DNA from: an uncultured Verrucomicrobiae bacterium
Lineage (GTDB): Bacteria > Verrucomicrobiota > Verrucomicrobiia > Opitutales > JABDGR01
Reading direction: 5' to 3'
Length of the DNA: 64,000 nucleotides
NCBI GenBank assembly: GCA_963765205.1
Contig: CAVXVB010000005.1
Coordinates: 320,001 to 384,000, forward strand
Shown here in pieces: positions 9,931 to 19,741 of the stretch. The notes under the pieces were generated by a model. It saw only the letters and a program-made list of their open reading frames with translations. It made no database searches and was not told where the DNA came from. The position numbers were made by a program, and so were the translations under genes. The first letter of the stretch is position 1, and every line of letters begins with the position of its first letter.

Positions 9931-10524
9931 CTACTTCCCCGGTGGTGTGGCCACGTCGAGTTGGGCGTCGCCGTTGGCGGTTTGGCCGAGGTGGGCGAGG
10001 AGGGCGCGGAAGAATTGCGCGCGGTATTGCTGGGCATCGGCGGTGTCCGCCTCGATGCGGCCTTGCCAGATGATGACTTGGGGGTCATGCAGACGTTGTA
10101 GCGTCACTTCGAGGTCGGTGAGGTTCACGTCGTGCGTTTCCGGGACGACGAGATCGCCGTAGGTCGTGCCCGAAATTGGGCGGCCATTGAGGTCTCCGAC
10201 AGTGTTCGAGATGGTGGGCATGGTGACGCCGGAGGTCATCGGCACGCTTTTGTTGGAGATGGTAAAGCCCAGTTGGTAGTCGGCCTCGGGGGCGGGGGCG
10301 AGGTTGTAACCGAGGGCGCGCAGTTGCTCGATCAGGGTGCCGCTGGCCAGCCGGGTGATTAAATCCACGGAAGGGGAATCCTGCACATCGGTCACGGCGA
10401 TTTTGTCCTGCGGGGCGAGGGGGTATTTGGGGTCCTGGAGGGTGGAGAGGTCGGCGTAGGTGTGCGCGCAGCCGGTCAGCGCGGCGGCGGCGAGGACGAA
10501 GAGGAAAAGGGCGAAGTGGCGCAT
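9931..10524 (-). CDS. Lipoprotein (DUF4136-like)
   Basis: Lipobox LTGC; LRALGY and IWQGRIE motifs; TTGACA-17-TAGACT promoter directly upstream. Confidence 0.7.
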   Translation of the reverse strand: MRHFALFLFVLAAAALTGCAHTYADLSTLQDPKYPLAPQDKIAVTDVQDSPSVDLITRLASGTLIEQLRALGYNLAPAPEADYQLGFTISNKSVPMTSGVTMPTISNTVGDLNGRPISGTTYGDLVVPETHDVNLTDLEVTLQRLHDPQVIIWQGRIEADTADAQQYRAQFFRALLAHLGQTANGDAQLDVATPPGK

Positions 10525-10916
10525 GGTGGTAGTCTAGGGGGAGGGGGGAGGGTTGTCAAAGCTGGGTCGGGAGGGGGGCGATTCATACGCTTTGCGTCTC
10601 TTGCGGTGAAAATTTACCACAAAAAACATAAAAGACGCAAAAGGGGGGCCGAGATGGTGTTCCGGGACTGCCTCATTTTTTTATTTTTTTGGTTTGATTT
10701 GGTGTTGGAGGGGGGGTGGGGCGGAATGCGGAGTGCGGAGTGTATGGGGCGCAGGATACTCGAAAACGAGAAACTTGGCCAGTGATGGGTTGGGTGGGTT
10801 AGGTAGGTTTGATGGGTTGGGTGCAAACCGGCCCACAGAGGAATTTGCCGCCGGGCATGAGCCTCAAGGGAAGGTTTTTCTTGGCTTGGTGCCGGAGCGT
10901 GGCTAGGGTCGGGGCG

Positions 10917-12097
10917 ATGAAGCCACCCCTCTTTCATTGTGGTTTGATTTTGCTGGGCGCGGCATGGCCCGCGCTGGCGCCGGCGGCGGACCTGCTGGTT
11001 TACTTTGGCACGCGCGACCTGGGGCCCGACCGCGGGTTTTCCCTCGCACACTTCGACACCGACACCGGCGCGTTGAGCAAACCGACGCTGGTCCAGGCCG
11101 CCGTCGGCCCGGCGTTCTTTGTGGTGGCGCCCGACGGCCAGCACCTCTACACGGTGAACACGCAGGGCCGACGGTGCCGGCGGAGGGGCGGGTGAGCGCC
11201 TACGCGCTGGACGCAAAAACCGGGCAGCTCACCCTGCTCAACAGCCAGCCGTGCGGGGGGCCGAATCCCGCCTACGTCAGCCTTGACCACACGGGGCGGT
11301 TTCTGTTTGTCGCCAATTACAACGGGGGCAGCGTGGCGGTGTTTCCCGTGCTGGCCGACGGCACGCTGGGCGCGCGCACGGCGTTCGACCAGCACACGGG
11401 CAAGAGCGTGACGCCGGATCGCGTGCCACAGGCCTATTCCCATTCCATCATAATTGACCCCTCGAATCATTTTGTGCTGAACGCCGACCTCGGCCTCGAC
11501 CGGGTTTACATCTACAAATTCGACGACAAAACCGGCGCGCTGACCGCGAACGATCCGGCCTGGTTCACGGACCATCCCGGTTCCGGCCCGCGCCATGTGA
11601 TTTTTTCGCCGGACGGGAAATTCGTCTATGTTTCCCACGAAATCGCAAACGTGGTCGGGGTGTATGCGTGGGATGGCGGGAAGGGCACGCTGACTGAAGT
11701 GCAGTCCGTTTCGACGCTGCCGGCGGATTTCAAGGGGACGAACACGGCGGCGGAGATTCAATTGCTCCCGAATGGCATGTTTCTCTACGTCTCGAACCGC
11801 GGGCAGGACAGCATTGCGGAATTCGCGGTGGACGCCACGAGCGGCCGGCTCACGCTGCTGGGCACGACGCCGACGCAGGGTAAGACGCCGCGCAATTTCA
11901 CGCTCGACCCCAGCGGCCACTGGCTGCTGGCCTCGAACCAGGAATCCAATTCGGCCATCGTTTACCGGGTGGACCAGGCCACGGGCCAGCTCACGCCGAC
12001 CGGCCCGCTGGCGACCTTTGCCGCCGCGCCCTTTTGCGAGCGATTTGTGCCCGCCGCCAAGGCAACCGGGGCCAACATGACGCCGACGGGTAAATGA
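10917..12097 (+). CDS. Lactonase family beta-propeller (6-phosphogluconolactonase/cycloisomerase-like), frameshifted near 11160-11170
   Basis: Signal peptide plus VYFGT in one frame; FLFVANYNGGSV, GSGPRHV, YVSNRGQDSI and TPRNFTLDPSG in the other. Confidence 0.85.
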
Positions 12098-12335
12098 GGA
12101 TGAAGGGGCGTCGTTTTGCCAGTACGAGGTGAGCAACACCGACGATTTGGTTCTCAACGATCAGCCGGCTTCGACCGGAGGAACCCCATAAGACCCTAAA
12201 ACCGTCCGAAAAATCGGGGTGCAAAAGACTGGGTTATCGGTTATACTAACACCCATCGCGGGAATATATCCCTACCCCATGATTTTCGACGCCTGACTCG
12301 GGCGCGGGAGGTTGGGTGTTTTTCAAGTGAATTCC

Positions 12336-15300
12336 ATGATTCCACATTGGCAGCGCCATTTTTGGCTTCGACCGAACCGACTGGGGCTGGTGCTGGGCGG
12401 ATGCCTGGCCTATCTGTTGGGCAGCGGGGCGGCGTGGGCGAATACGGCGGGGGGTGGCGCGACGGGCGCGAATGTGGTCTATGGCAACCCGGGCGGCAAT
12501 GTCACTGGCGGCACGGTGACGCTTTCGAACGGCATCATGAACGCGACCATCAACGTGGCGGGCGCGACGATTTCGTCGCTGACTTACAATGGATTTCAGA
12601 CCGTGCAGAGTTCGGGTGACCAGGTTTATTTCAGCATGGACGGCGGGAACACGTATGAGGAGCCGCATAACTGCGTGCTGTCGGTGGTGACGAACACGAG
12701 CGACATGGTGGATTTGGCCTTCACGCAAACTTACGTGAGCGGCAACACGGCCTATATTCACCCCGAGGACATCCAAATCCACTACGTGCTGCGGCGGGGC
12801 AACACGGGGCTATATGTCTATGCCATCCTGAGTCATCCCGCCAGCTATCCGAAGTTGAACATGGGCGAGTGGCGCATGGTCTGGTGGCACCCGCACACGA
12901 ACAATGTCACGTTCGATTTCGAAAAGGAATACATGGACAACTTCCGCCACCACGACATGCCGACGTATGAGGAGTATTTGAATCCCGTCATCACCGTGCC
13001 GGCTTCGGGCAACACGGCGGCGCAGTCCACCCGCATTGCGGAAATCGAGCTGATTCCGCCCGCGGGCACCTTCCCTCCGAACGCCACGAGCACGCGCGCG
13101 GGGTTGTTCAATTGCAAGTATGAGTTCAACATGGAATACAACACATTCGGCGCGTGGGGCCACGCCAGTGATGTGAACAAAAAGGGCGTCTGGTTAATCC
13201 CGGGAAGTTTCGAGTTTTTCAACGACGGCCCGACGCACCAGGACCTGAGCATCGCCGAGAGCTACTCGTTGATGCACTTCGGACGCGACCATTACGACGG
13301 GTCGAGCACGGCGGTCGCGGCGGGCACGGCGTGGAGCAAAATTTTCGGCCCCTACCTGATGTATTGCAACAGCGGCGCGACCGCCGACGCGTGCTGGGCG
13401 GATGCGCAGGCGCAGGCCCAAGCCGAGCAGGCCGCGTGGCCGTATGCGTGGCTGACGAACAATTCGCTGTATCCCCTGGCCAGCGCGCGCGGTTCGGTGA
13501 CGGGCCAGTTTGTCGTCACTGATCCGCTCAAACCGGCGGTCAGCAGCGCGAACGCGTGGGTCGGTTTGGCCACGCCGGACACGAGCAGCACCTACACCGC
13601 TCTCTACGGCAATTACGACTGGCAGTTTGACAGTAATAATTACGAATACTGGGTCAAGGCGGACGCGAATGGCAACTTCACGATCCCGAACGTGCGCCCG
13701 GGCGTTTACACGCTCTATGCCGTCACCTACGGCGCGGTCGGGCAGTATTCCCAGGCCAACGTGACCGTCAATGCCGGGCAGACGACCGCGCTGGGTTTGG
13801 CGCAGTGGCAGGTGACCCATCCCGGCAACTGGATTGCGTGGGAAATCGGCGTGCCCGACCGCAACGCGACGGAGTTCAACAATGGCTCGACGGATTATTA
13901 TGTTCCCTTTGCGTGGACGAATTTCTCGAACGAATTCACCAACCCGCTTAATTATAATGTTGGTTCGAGCAATTGGGCGACGGACTGGAACTACGCGCAG
14001 GACTTTTGGCAGATTGGCGGCAATGATTCCACGGTCGGCACGCTGAGCCTCTGGCCGTGGAATATTAATTTTAATCTGGCGGCCGCCCCTGCGTCGGGCA
14101 ACGCGACGCTGACCATCGCGTTGGCGGGATCGTATTACGGGCATCTGCGCGTGTATATCAACAACCCTAGCATGTCCGGCAACCAGGTTCTGGACGACGA
14201 TACCCTACCGGCGGGTGGTACGAGTGGCGACGCCCTGCTGCGCGAGGGTGTCCACGCGAAATACGGGGTCGTCACAGTCTCCTTTGCGGCGTCCATGCTT
14301 CATGCCGGCAACAACACGGCCACGCTGCTGCAAATCAACAACCCGCTCGCGGAGGCAAACCATATCATGTATGATTATATTGATTTGGAAATGCCGGGCA
14401 GCGCGCCGACCAGCCAGCCGCCGGTGGGCCGCAGCTTCACTTGGGTGGGCGGCAACGGCAGCAATTCGTGGGACACGGGCACGTATATCAACTGGACAGG
14501 CACGGGCGGCAACGCGACCTTCAACGCCGGCGATGTCGTCACCTTTGACGACACAGGCAACGCCACCACGCCCATCTTCCTCCACGGCGCGCTGGCGCCC
14601 AACGGCGTCACCATCAACGCCAACCAGAATAACTACACCTTTATCGGGAACGGGAGCATCACTGGGACGACCGGCCTGACGATGACCGGAACCGGCACGC
14701 TGACCCTAGCCAACACCGCGCCGAATACTTATACGGGCGATACCACCATCAGCGCAGGCACGCTGCAACTGAACGGCACTTTGAGCAACGCGGCGAACGT
14801 GATCGTGCAAAACGGCGCGACGCTGAGCCTGGCCGGCAACCTCACGACGGGGACGCTGATCATCAATGTCGGCGGCACGCTCACCGGCAGCCCAGGTGCA
14901 AATCTCACCGCTGCGCTGGTGAACAATGGTACGCTCAGCCTTTCCGATGGCGGCATTTTTCCCCTGAATGGCAATGTGACGAACAACGGCTTGGTACAGG
15001 TGACGGGCGGCACGCAACTCACGGTCGGCGGCACGTTTGTCAACAACGGGGTGCTGGACCTTATTACTGGCACGCAAGCCCTCCCCGCGAATTTCGTGAA
15101 CAACGGCGTGGTGCTCGACGCCAGCGTGGTGAAAGTAACGAATGTATCGGTCACGGACGGCACGGTCACGCTGGTCGTGCCTTCTTACGTCGGACACAAT
15201 TATCAGTTGCAGTGGAGCGCCTCGATGGAACCGGTGGATTGGCAGAATCTGGGCGCGGCCCAGCCGGGCACTAATGGCAACCTCACCTTCACCGACTCGA

Positions 15301-15350
15301 GCGGGCTGACCAGCGGCACCGGTTTTTACCGTGTGTTCGTCGCGCCGTGA
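12336..15350 (+). CDS. Rhamnogalacturonan lyase (PL4) with autotransporter-associated beta-strand repeat and C-terminal FYRV domain
   Basis: WSKIFGPYLMY, WPYAW, YWVKADANGNFTIPNVRPGVYTLYA, WEIGVPDR, IMYDYIDLE; GTGTLTL..NTYTGDTTISAGTL repeat. Confidence 0.85.
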   Translation: MIPHWQRHFWLRPNRLGLVLGGCLAYLLGSGAAWANTAGGGATGANVVYGNPGGNVTGGTVTLSNGIMNATINVAGATISSLTYNGFQTVQSSGDQVYFSMDGGNTYEEPHNCVLSVVTNTSDMVDLAFTQTYVSGNTAYIHPEDIQIHYVLRRGNTGLYVYAILSHPASYPKLNMGEWRMVWWHPHTNNVTFDFEKEYMDNFRHHDMPTYEEYLNPVITVPASGNTAAQSTRIAEIELIPPAGTFPPNATSTRAGLFNCKYEFNMEYNTFGAWGHASDVNKKGVWLIPGSFEFFNDGPTHQDLSIAESYSLMHFGRDHYDGSSTAVAAGTAWSKIFGPYLMYCNSGATADACWADAQAQAQAEQAAWPYAWLTNNSLYPLASARGSVTGQFVVTDPLKPAVSSANAWVGLATPDTSSTYTALYGNYDWQFDSNNYEYWVKADANGNFTIPNVRPGVYTLYAVTYGAVGQYSQANVTVNAGQTTALGLAQWQVTHPGNWIAWEIGVPDRNATEFNNGSTDYYVPFAWTNFSNEFTNPLNYNVGSSNWATDWNYAQDFWQIGGNDSTVGTLSLWPWNINFNLAAAPASGNATLTIALAGSYYGHLRVYINNPSMSGNQVLDDDTLPAGGTSGDALLREGVHAKYGVVTVSFAASMLHAGNNTATLLQINNPLAEANHIMYDYIDLEMPGSAPTSQPPVGRSFTWVGGNGSNSWDTGTYINWTGTGGNATFNAGDVVTFDDTGNATTPIFLHGALAPNGVTINANQNNYTFIGNGSITGTTGLTMTGTGTLTLANTAPNTYTGDTTISAGTLQLNGTLSNAANVIVQNGATLSLAGNLTTGTLIINVGGTLTGSPGANLTAALVNNGTLSLSDGGIFPLNGNVTNNGLVQVTGGTQLTVGGTFVNNGVLDLITGTQALPANFVNNGVVLDASVVKVTNVSVTDGTVTLVVPSYVGHNYQLQWSASMEPVDWQNLGAAQPGTNGNLTFTDSSGLTSGTGFYRVFVAP

Positions 15351-15483
15351 GAACGGGCGAGGAACGGTCGTGAAATTCCTTTTCACCGCAAAGGCGCGAA
15401 GCGAAAAAGAATTTAACCACGGAGAACACGGAGGACACGGAGGGGTTGCCACAGCGCAGGCATCCACCTAAACCGAAGAGGTG

Positions 15484-16827
15484 CTAGGGCCCGGCGCTGG
15501 CCGCGGGTTTGGCGTCCGCAGGCTGGCCGCCGGCGGCTTTATACGCCGCCCATTCGGCGGTGATGCGCTTGGTTTCCTCGGGCGTGGCTTTGGCGATTTC
15601 GACTTGGTACACGTGCAGCGCGCCTTCCATGTTGGAGCGGAACGTCAGCCACTTGTCGTCGGGCGTGAAGGTGGCGTTGGGTTCGACGCGGCTGGGTTCG
15701 CCGTTGCCGTAGTTATGCTTCGACATATCCACCAGTTTCTCCGTCGTTAATTTGCCCACTTTCACCTTTTCGCCGTTCACGTCCATGGTGGTGTATTCGC
15801 CGGTGGGGGTGAAGAGATACATCCACTGGCCGTTTTGCGGCGGGTCAAAATGGGCGTTGGTGACGGGGTCGCGGTTGGCCACGCTGTTCGGGCCGCCGCC
15901 GTCGCCCAAAAACATCTTGCCGTCCCAAGAGACGTAGTAATGCACGGACCACTCGGAGCGCAGGATCGGGTAGCGGATGTGCTCGCCGGTCTTGACATTG
16001 GCGCCGCCGATCCAGAACACGCCGGACTCGGGCGTCTGCAAATCGTAGTAAACCCACTGGCCGTCGCGGCTGAAGAATTCGTGCCCGGCGATTTCGTTGG
16101 GCATGGTGCGCTGGTGCATGAGCTTGAGGCCGGTGCCGTCGGCGTGCATCGTCCAGATGCGCTGCTCCTGCGCCCAGTTGCCCTCGTGGGCGAAGAGCAT
16201 GAGGTTGGGATCCGTCGGCGAGCATTCGAAATGGTTCAGGTTGTCGTGGCTGAGGCCGTCGTCGCTGGGGAAGAAGGATTTGGTTTCGCCGGTTTTTAGG
16301 TCCACGGTGTAGATTTGCTTGCCGCCGCTGACATTGCGAATGCCCATGATGGTTTTGTCATCGGCGGAAATGCCGCCGAGGGTCGCGCCCGCGGGCAGGA
16401 CGGCGGCCTGCTTCCATTCGTGTGTTTCCATGTTCATGGCGATGACCACGTTTTGCCCGTTCTGGTTCTGGTTGTAATACACGACGGGTTCCTTGCGGCT
16501 GACTTCGATGCCGTTGCTGGTGCTCATGGACAGGGCGCGGAAGCCCGGCACGAGCAGGTCAATCGCGTGGGTTTGCAAATCCACGGTGGACATGCCTTCG
16601 GGCGTGAAGATGAGCAGTTTTTTCCCGTCCGGCGTGTAGCCGTTTTGGTGGAAATACATGCTGGCGGTGGGGGCCTCTTTGGAGAGGCGCACGATGACGT
16701 GGCCGGTGGCCGGGTCAATCCACTCGGCGGGCGCGACCGGGGCAGTCGGCGCATCGGCGGCGCGCGCGGTGAAACCGGCGATTAAAAAACTGGCGGCGGC
16801 AAGAATTTTTATGGAGGGGGTAGGCAT
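15484..16827 (-). CDS. Oligogalacturonate lyase family protein (PL22)
   Basis: EWIDPATGHVIVRLS, SMYFHQNGYTPDG, FAHEGNW, AGHEFF, EPNATFTPD; signal peptide. Confidence 0.85.
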   Translation of the reverse strand: MPTPSIKILAAASFLIAGFTARAADAPTAPVAPAEWIDPATGHVIVRLSKEAPTASMYFHQNGYTPDGKKLLIFTPEGMSTVDLQTHAIDLLVPGFRALSMSTSNGIEVSRKEPVVYYNQNQNGQNVVIAMNMETHEWKQAAVLPAGATLGGISADDKTIMGIRNVSGGKQIYTVDLKTGETKSFFPSDDGLSHDNLNHFECSPTDPNLMLFAHEGNWAQEQRIWTMHADGTGLKLMHQRTMPNEIAGHEFFSRDGQWVYYDLQTPESGVFWIGGANVKTGEHIRYPILRSEWSVHYYVSWDGKMFLGDGGGPNSVANRDPVTNAHFDPPQNGQWMYLFTPTGEYTTMDVNGEKVKVGKLTTEKLVDMSKHNYGNGEPSRVEPNATFTPDDKWLTFRSNMEGALHVYQVEIAKATPEETKRITAEWAAYKAAGGQPADAKPAASAGP

Positions 16828-16991
16828 CAGGGTTGGGGGGAAAGCGCCAAGGTAAGCCAGGTTTTTCATTTTGTCCAGCGCGGGAAGAGGCCTCCGCGTC
16901 GGGGTGGGCGGAAAGGGGAAAGCCAGCGGCTTGATTGATTTTATACGCAAAACAATTTGACAACGCGTAAATTTTAATGCAAGTTACCCGA

Positions 16992-17237
16992 GTGGACAAG
17001 GCCGAGAAAACCAAGGCCCGGGTCCTCTCCGGCCAGTCCGACCACAACCTTCGCTTCGCCGATGTGGTGGGCCTGTTGCTCGCGCTGGGCTTCAGCCTGC
17101 GGGTGAAAGGCAGCCATCATGTCTTCACCAAACCCGGCTGTGCCTGTTTCTTCAATCTCCAACCCGGCCACGACGGCAAGGCCAAGCCTTATGAGGTGCG
17201 CCAAGTCCGCCAAGCCCTGAAAAAATTCTCCCTATGA
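16992..17237 (+). CDS. hicA: HicA family toxin
   Basis: LGFSLRVKGSHHVFTKPG...KAKPYEVRQV; GTG start lies 6 nt after the -10 box. Confidence 0.88.
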   Translation: MDKAEKTKARVLSGQSDHNLRFADVVGLLLALGFSLRVKGSHHVFTKPGCACFFNLQPGHDGKAKPYEVRQVRQALKKFSL

Positions 17238-17614
17238 AATACCGCATTGAAATCGTTTATGACGCCGTGGCCGGCTATTATGTCGCCAATTTACCCGAGG
17301 TCGAATACTGCGCCGCCGATGGCCAGACTCCCGAGGCCGCCGTCGCGGCGGTCACCGAAAAACTGGCTGTGCTGGAGGAAGTTCTGCGTGAGCAGGGGCG
17401 CACGCTGCCAGTTCCCGCCGCCGAGCGGCCGGTGACGGCGGACATCTTGCGCCGGGCCAGCTCGCTCGTAAATCTTTCCGCACTGGCGCGGCAATCCGGC
17501 CTGTCGCCGCAGACCCTGGCCACGAAAGTCAAACGCGGCACGGAGTTCGCGCCGCGGGAATCGGTGCGGCTCGCCCGCTCCCTGCGCCGCCGCGGCTTGC
17601 TCCTAGCGCAGTGA
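17234..17614 (+). CDS. hicB: HicB family antitoxin with C-terminal HTH-like extension
   Basis: YYVANLPEVEYCAADGQTPEAA...GRTLPVP; ATG overlaps the hicA stop; VNLSALARQSGLSPQTL. Confidence 0.85.
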   Translation: MKYRIEIVYDAVAGYYVANLPEVEYCAADGQTPEAAVAAVTEKLAVLEEVLREQGRTLPVPAAERPVTADILRRASSLVNLSALARQSGLSPQTLATKVKRGTEFAPRESVRLARSLRRRGLLLAQ

Positions 17615-17624
17615 GGGCTTCTGG

Positions 17625-18572
17625 TTAAAGAGCAGGCGAAGATTTGCGCAAATGCAGAAATAAGTTTACGCCTTCCGCCTCTTGTCCGACCCGAATGTTG
17701 GTGGCAGGCACTCCGGCTTGTGCTGCCAACGATGCCAGTTTATCGGTGTCGCGATGGTGAAGAAACCATCCACCCAGCAATTCCATATAGCTGCGCGTGG
17801 GATTCTTAGGCGAAAAGTTTCCAATGACCATCTCGCCTTCGGGAGACAGTTTGCTCCGCAAGCGGCGCAATAAAACAACAAAAAGCCGGTCGTCCAGATA
17901 ATCAAACAAGCCGCCCGACCAAATCAATTGATAGGCATGTTTAGCCTGAAACTTGAAGGCGTTTTTGGAGTGGAACTGGATTTTTTCACGATGGATGGAA
18001 CACAGTTCCGATGCGTAAGCAATAGCCTTGGGGTCTGCGTCAACACAGTCGCAGCGAATCCGGCTGTCGGTGTTACGGCTGAAATGCTCGAAGATGTCCC
18101 GGCTGGGTCCGCTTCCGATATTAAGCAGCCGAAGATTATTTGCAGGCATATTCGCTTCGTGTCTTTCCAGCCACTCCAGAAAATAGGTCTTGCGGTTGCG
18201 CACGGCTTTGACGGCGGGTTGTGCATGGAAAAACCTGTCCCAGTTGGATAGATTGGCCTCGGGGGACAGCCATTCTTGATAAATGCGGTCAATTATCTCA
18301 AAATCGCCTGCGTAACCATGCGGTTTTTGCAGGGCGAAGCCTTGCATCGTTTGTAATGAAGTGGTGGCGGGCCCAGCGCCGTTCCACAGGCTTTGCAAAT
18401 CATCCAGGCTGATTTGACGACCCTCCAACTCGTCTCGCAATTGTTGGAACCACGAATCAAGCAGGGAAAACTCATCCGAATGAGGGCCGCCTTTTTGGAC
18501 TAAATGATGAAGAAATGCCCTATGCTTCGCCATCAAGATGGCAGGATGCGCAGAGTTTGAAACATTCACCAC
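17625..18572 (-). CDS. Class I SAM-dependent methyltransferase, PhcB-like
   Basis: KPHGYAGDFEIIDRIY, AVRNRK, LLNIGSGP SAM motif, WSGGLFDYL, GNFSPKNP. Confidence 0.75.
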   Translation of the reverse strand: MVNVSNSAHPAILMAKHRAFLHHLVQKGGPHSDEFSLLDSWFQQLRDELEGRQISLDDLQSLWNGAGPATTSLQTMQGFALQKPHGYAGDFEIIDRIYQEWLSPEANLSNWDRFFHAQPAVKAVRNRKTYFLEWLERHEANMPANNLRLLNIGSGPSRDIFEHFSRNTDSRIRCDCVDADPKAIAYASELCSIHREKIQFHSKNAFKFQAKHAYQLIWSGGLFDYLDDRLFVVLLRRLRSKLSPEGEMVIGNFSPKNPTRSYMELLGGWFLHHRDTDKLASLAAQAGVPATNIRVGQEAEGVNLFLHLRKSSPAL

Positions 18573-18579
18573 TTTGTAT

Positions 18580-18595
18580 TGCTACTATGGTAGCA
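18580..18595. promoter_or_regulatory. Palindromic operator candidate between the divergent methyltransferase and XRE genes
   Basis: TGCTAC-TATG-GTAGCA. Confidence 0.5.
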
Positions 18596-18632
18596 TAACT
18601 ACGCAAGCCCATTTTAGCGTAAGAACAGCGAT

Positions 18633-18884
18633 GTGGCCCAAAACCATAAACGCCAAGCCATGTGTTCGCATGTCGCCCGACGATTGTGCGAAGAGCGGGA
18701 GCGTCAGCAATTGTCGCGCAACCGGCTCTCGGAAATGGCTGGCTTGTCCCGCCAGATGATCACGTTTGTGGAACGGGAGGAGCGGAACCCGTCATTGGAA
18801 ACATTGTTTCGGATTACGGAAGCGCTGGGTATTCCTTTAAGCAAAATTGTGAAAGAGGCGGAGGAGCACGCCAAGGTGAAGTGA
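18633..18884 (+). CDS. XRE family HTH transcriptional regulator
   Basis: LSRNRLSEMAGLSRQMITFVEREERNPSLETLFRITEALG. Confidence 0.88.
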   Translation: MAQNHKRQAMCSHVARRLCEERERQQLSRNRLSEMAGLSRQMITFVEREERNPSLETLFRITEALGIPLSKIVKEAEEHAKVK

Positions 18885-19008
18885 ACAAAGGAACTATTAT
18901 CCCAGAAGCAGCCCCCCGCCCACAAACAGCCTGCCTCGGCCGGGCGCAGCGCGTGTTTCAGATTGCCCGGCAGCGTGAAAGCCCGCAAGGTGGCGGGGCA
19001 AACCGGCC

Positions 19009-19530
19009 ATGAAAAAGACATCATTCGAGGCGATTGCGCGAGCGCTCAACGAGGCGCGCGTTCCGTTTCTGGTGGTCGGAGGCATTGCCGTAATCCACCA
19101 TGGCTACGGGCGGGCGACCAAGGACGTGGACTTGGTAGTGCGGCTGGAAAGAGAAACGATTTTGCGCGCGTTTCAGGCGCTCGCAAGCATCGGTTACCGG
19201 CCCGCCGTGCCGATTACGGCGGAGCAATTCGCCGATCCCGCGCAACGGGAGGAATGGCGGCGCGACAAAGGCATGAAAGTCCTCAAATTCTGGAGCGACG
19301 CCCACCGCGAAACGCCGCTCGATGTCTTTGTCAGCGAACCTTTTGATTTTGCCAAGGAATTCGACGCCGCAGCGGTTCGCGAATCCGCACCCGGGGTGCC
19401 TGCGCGTATTATTTCCCTCGCCAGGTTGCTGGCCATGAAACGAGAAGCGGGCCGGCCCCAGGATTTAGCCGATATTGACGAACTCAATCTTTTGCACGAT
19501 AATCCCTCCAGTTATGACCGCCAAAACTGA
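19009..19530 (+). CDS. Nucleotidyltransferase (DUF6036/AbiEii-like)
   Basis: LVVGGIAVIHHGYGRATKDVDL; LLAMKREAGRPQDLADI. Confidence 0.8.
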   Translation: MKKTSFEAIARALNEARVPFLVVGGIAVIHHGYGRATKDVDLVVRLERETILRAFQALASIGYRPAVPITAEQFADPAQREEWRRDKGMKVLKFWSDAHRETPLDVFVSEPFDFAKEFDAAAVRESAPGVPARIISLARLLAMKREAGRPQDLADIDELNLLHDNPSSYDRQN

Positions 19531-19741
19531 ACCGGTGATTGATTGGAGCCTCACCACTTGGAAGGGCAGCCGTCGGCAACAGCATCGCGAATTCCTCGCC
19601 TTGCCGTTTGCGCGCAAATTGGAATGTGTCGAGGAAATGGCGGATCTGGCGCGGGAGTTCGCCAAGCCTCAGCCGGGCGCAACCCCCCAGCGCGCGAGCA
19701 ACTCGTCCGCGCCGGGCACGTCGCGCATCAACCAGTCGTAG
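19514..19741 (+). CDS. Small protein coupled to the nucleotidyltransferase (putative TA partner)
   Basis: Overlapping ATG; DWSLTTWKGSRRQQHREFLALPFARKLECVEEM. Confidence 0.6.
   Translation: MTAKTEPVIDWSLTTWKGSRRQQHREFLALPFARKLECVEEMADLAREFAKPQPGATPQRASNSSAPGTSRINQS

Noticed and set aside
12190..12240. AAAACCGTCCGAAAAATCGGGGTGCAAAAG superficially resembles a c-di-GMP-I riboswitch
   Set aside because: The stem around the GAAA loop does not pair (GTCC/AATC) and no convincing second stem is present; it would need an Rfam scan
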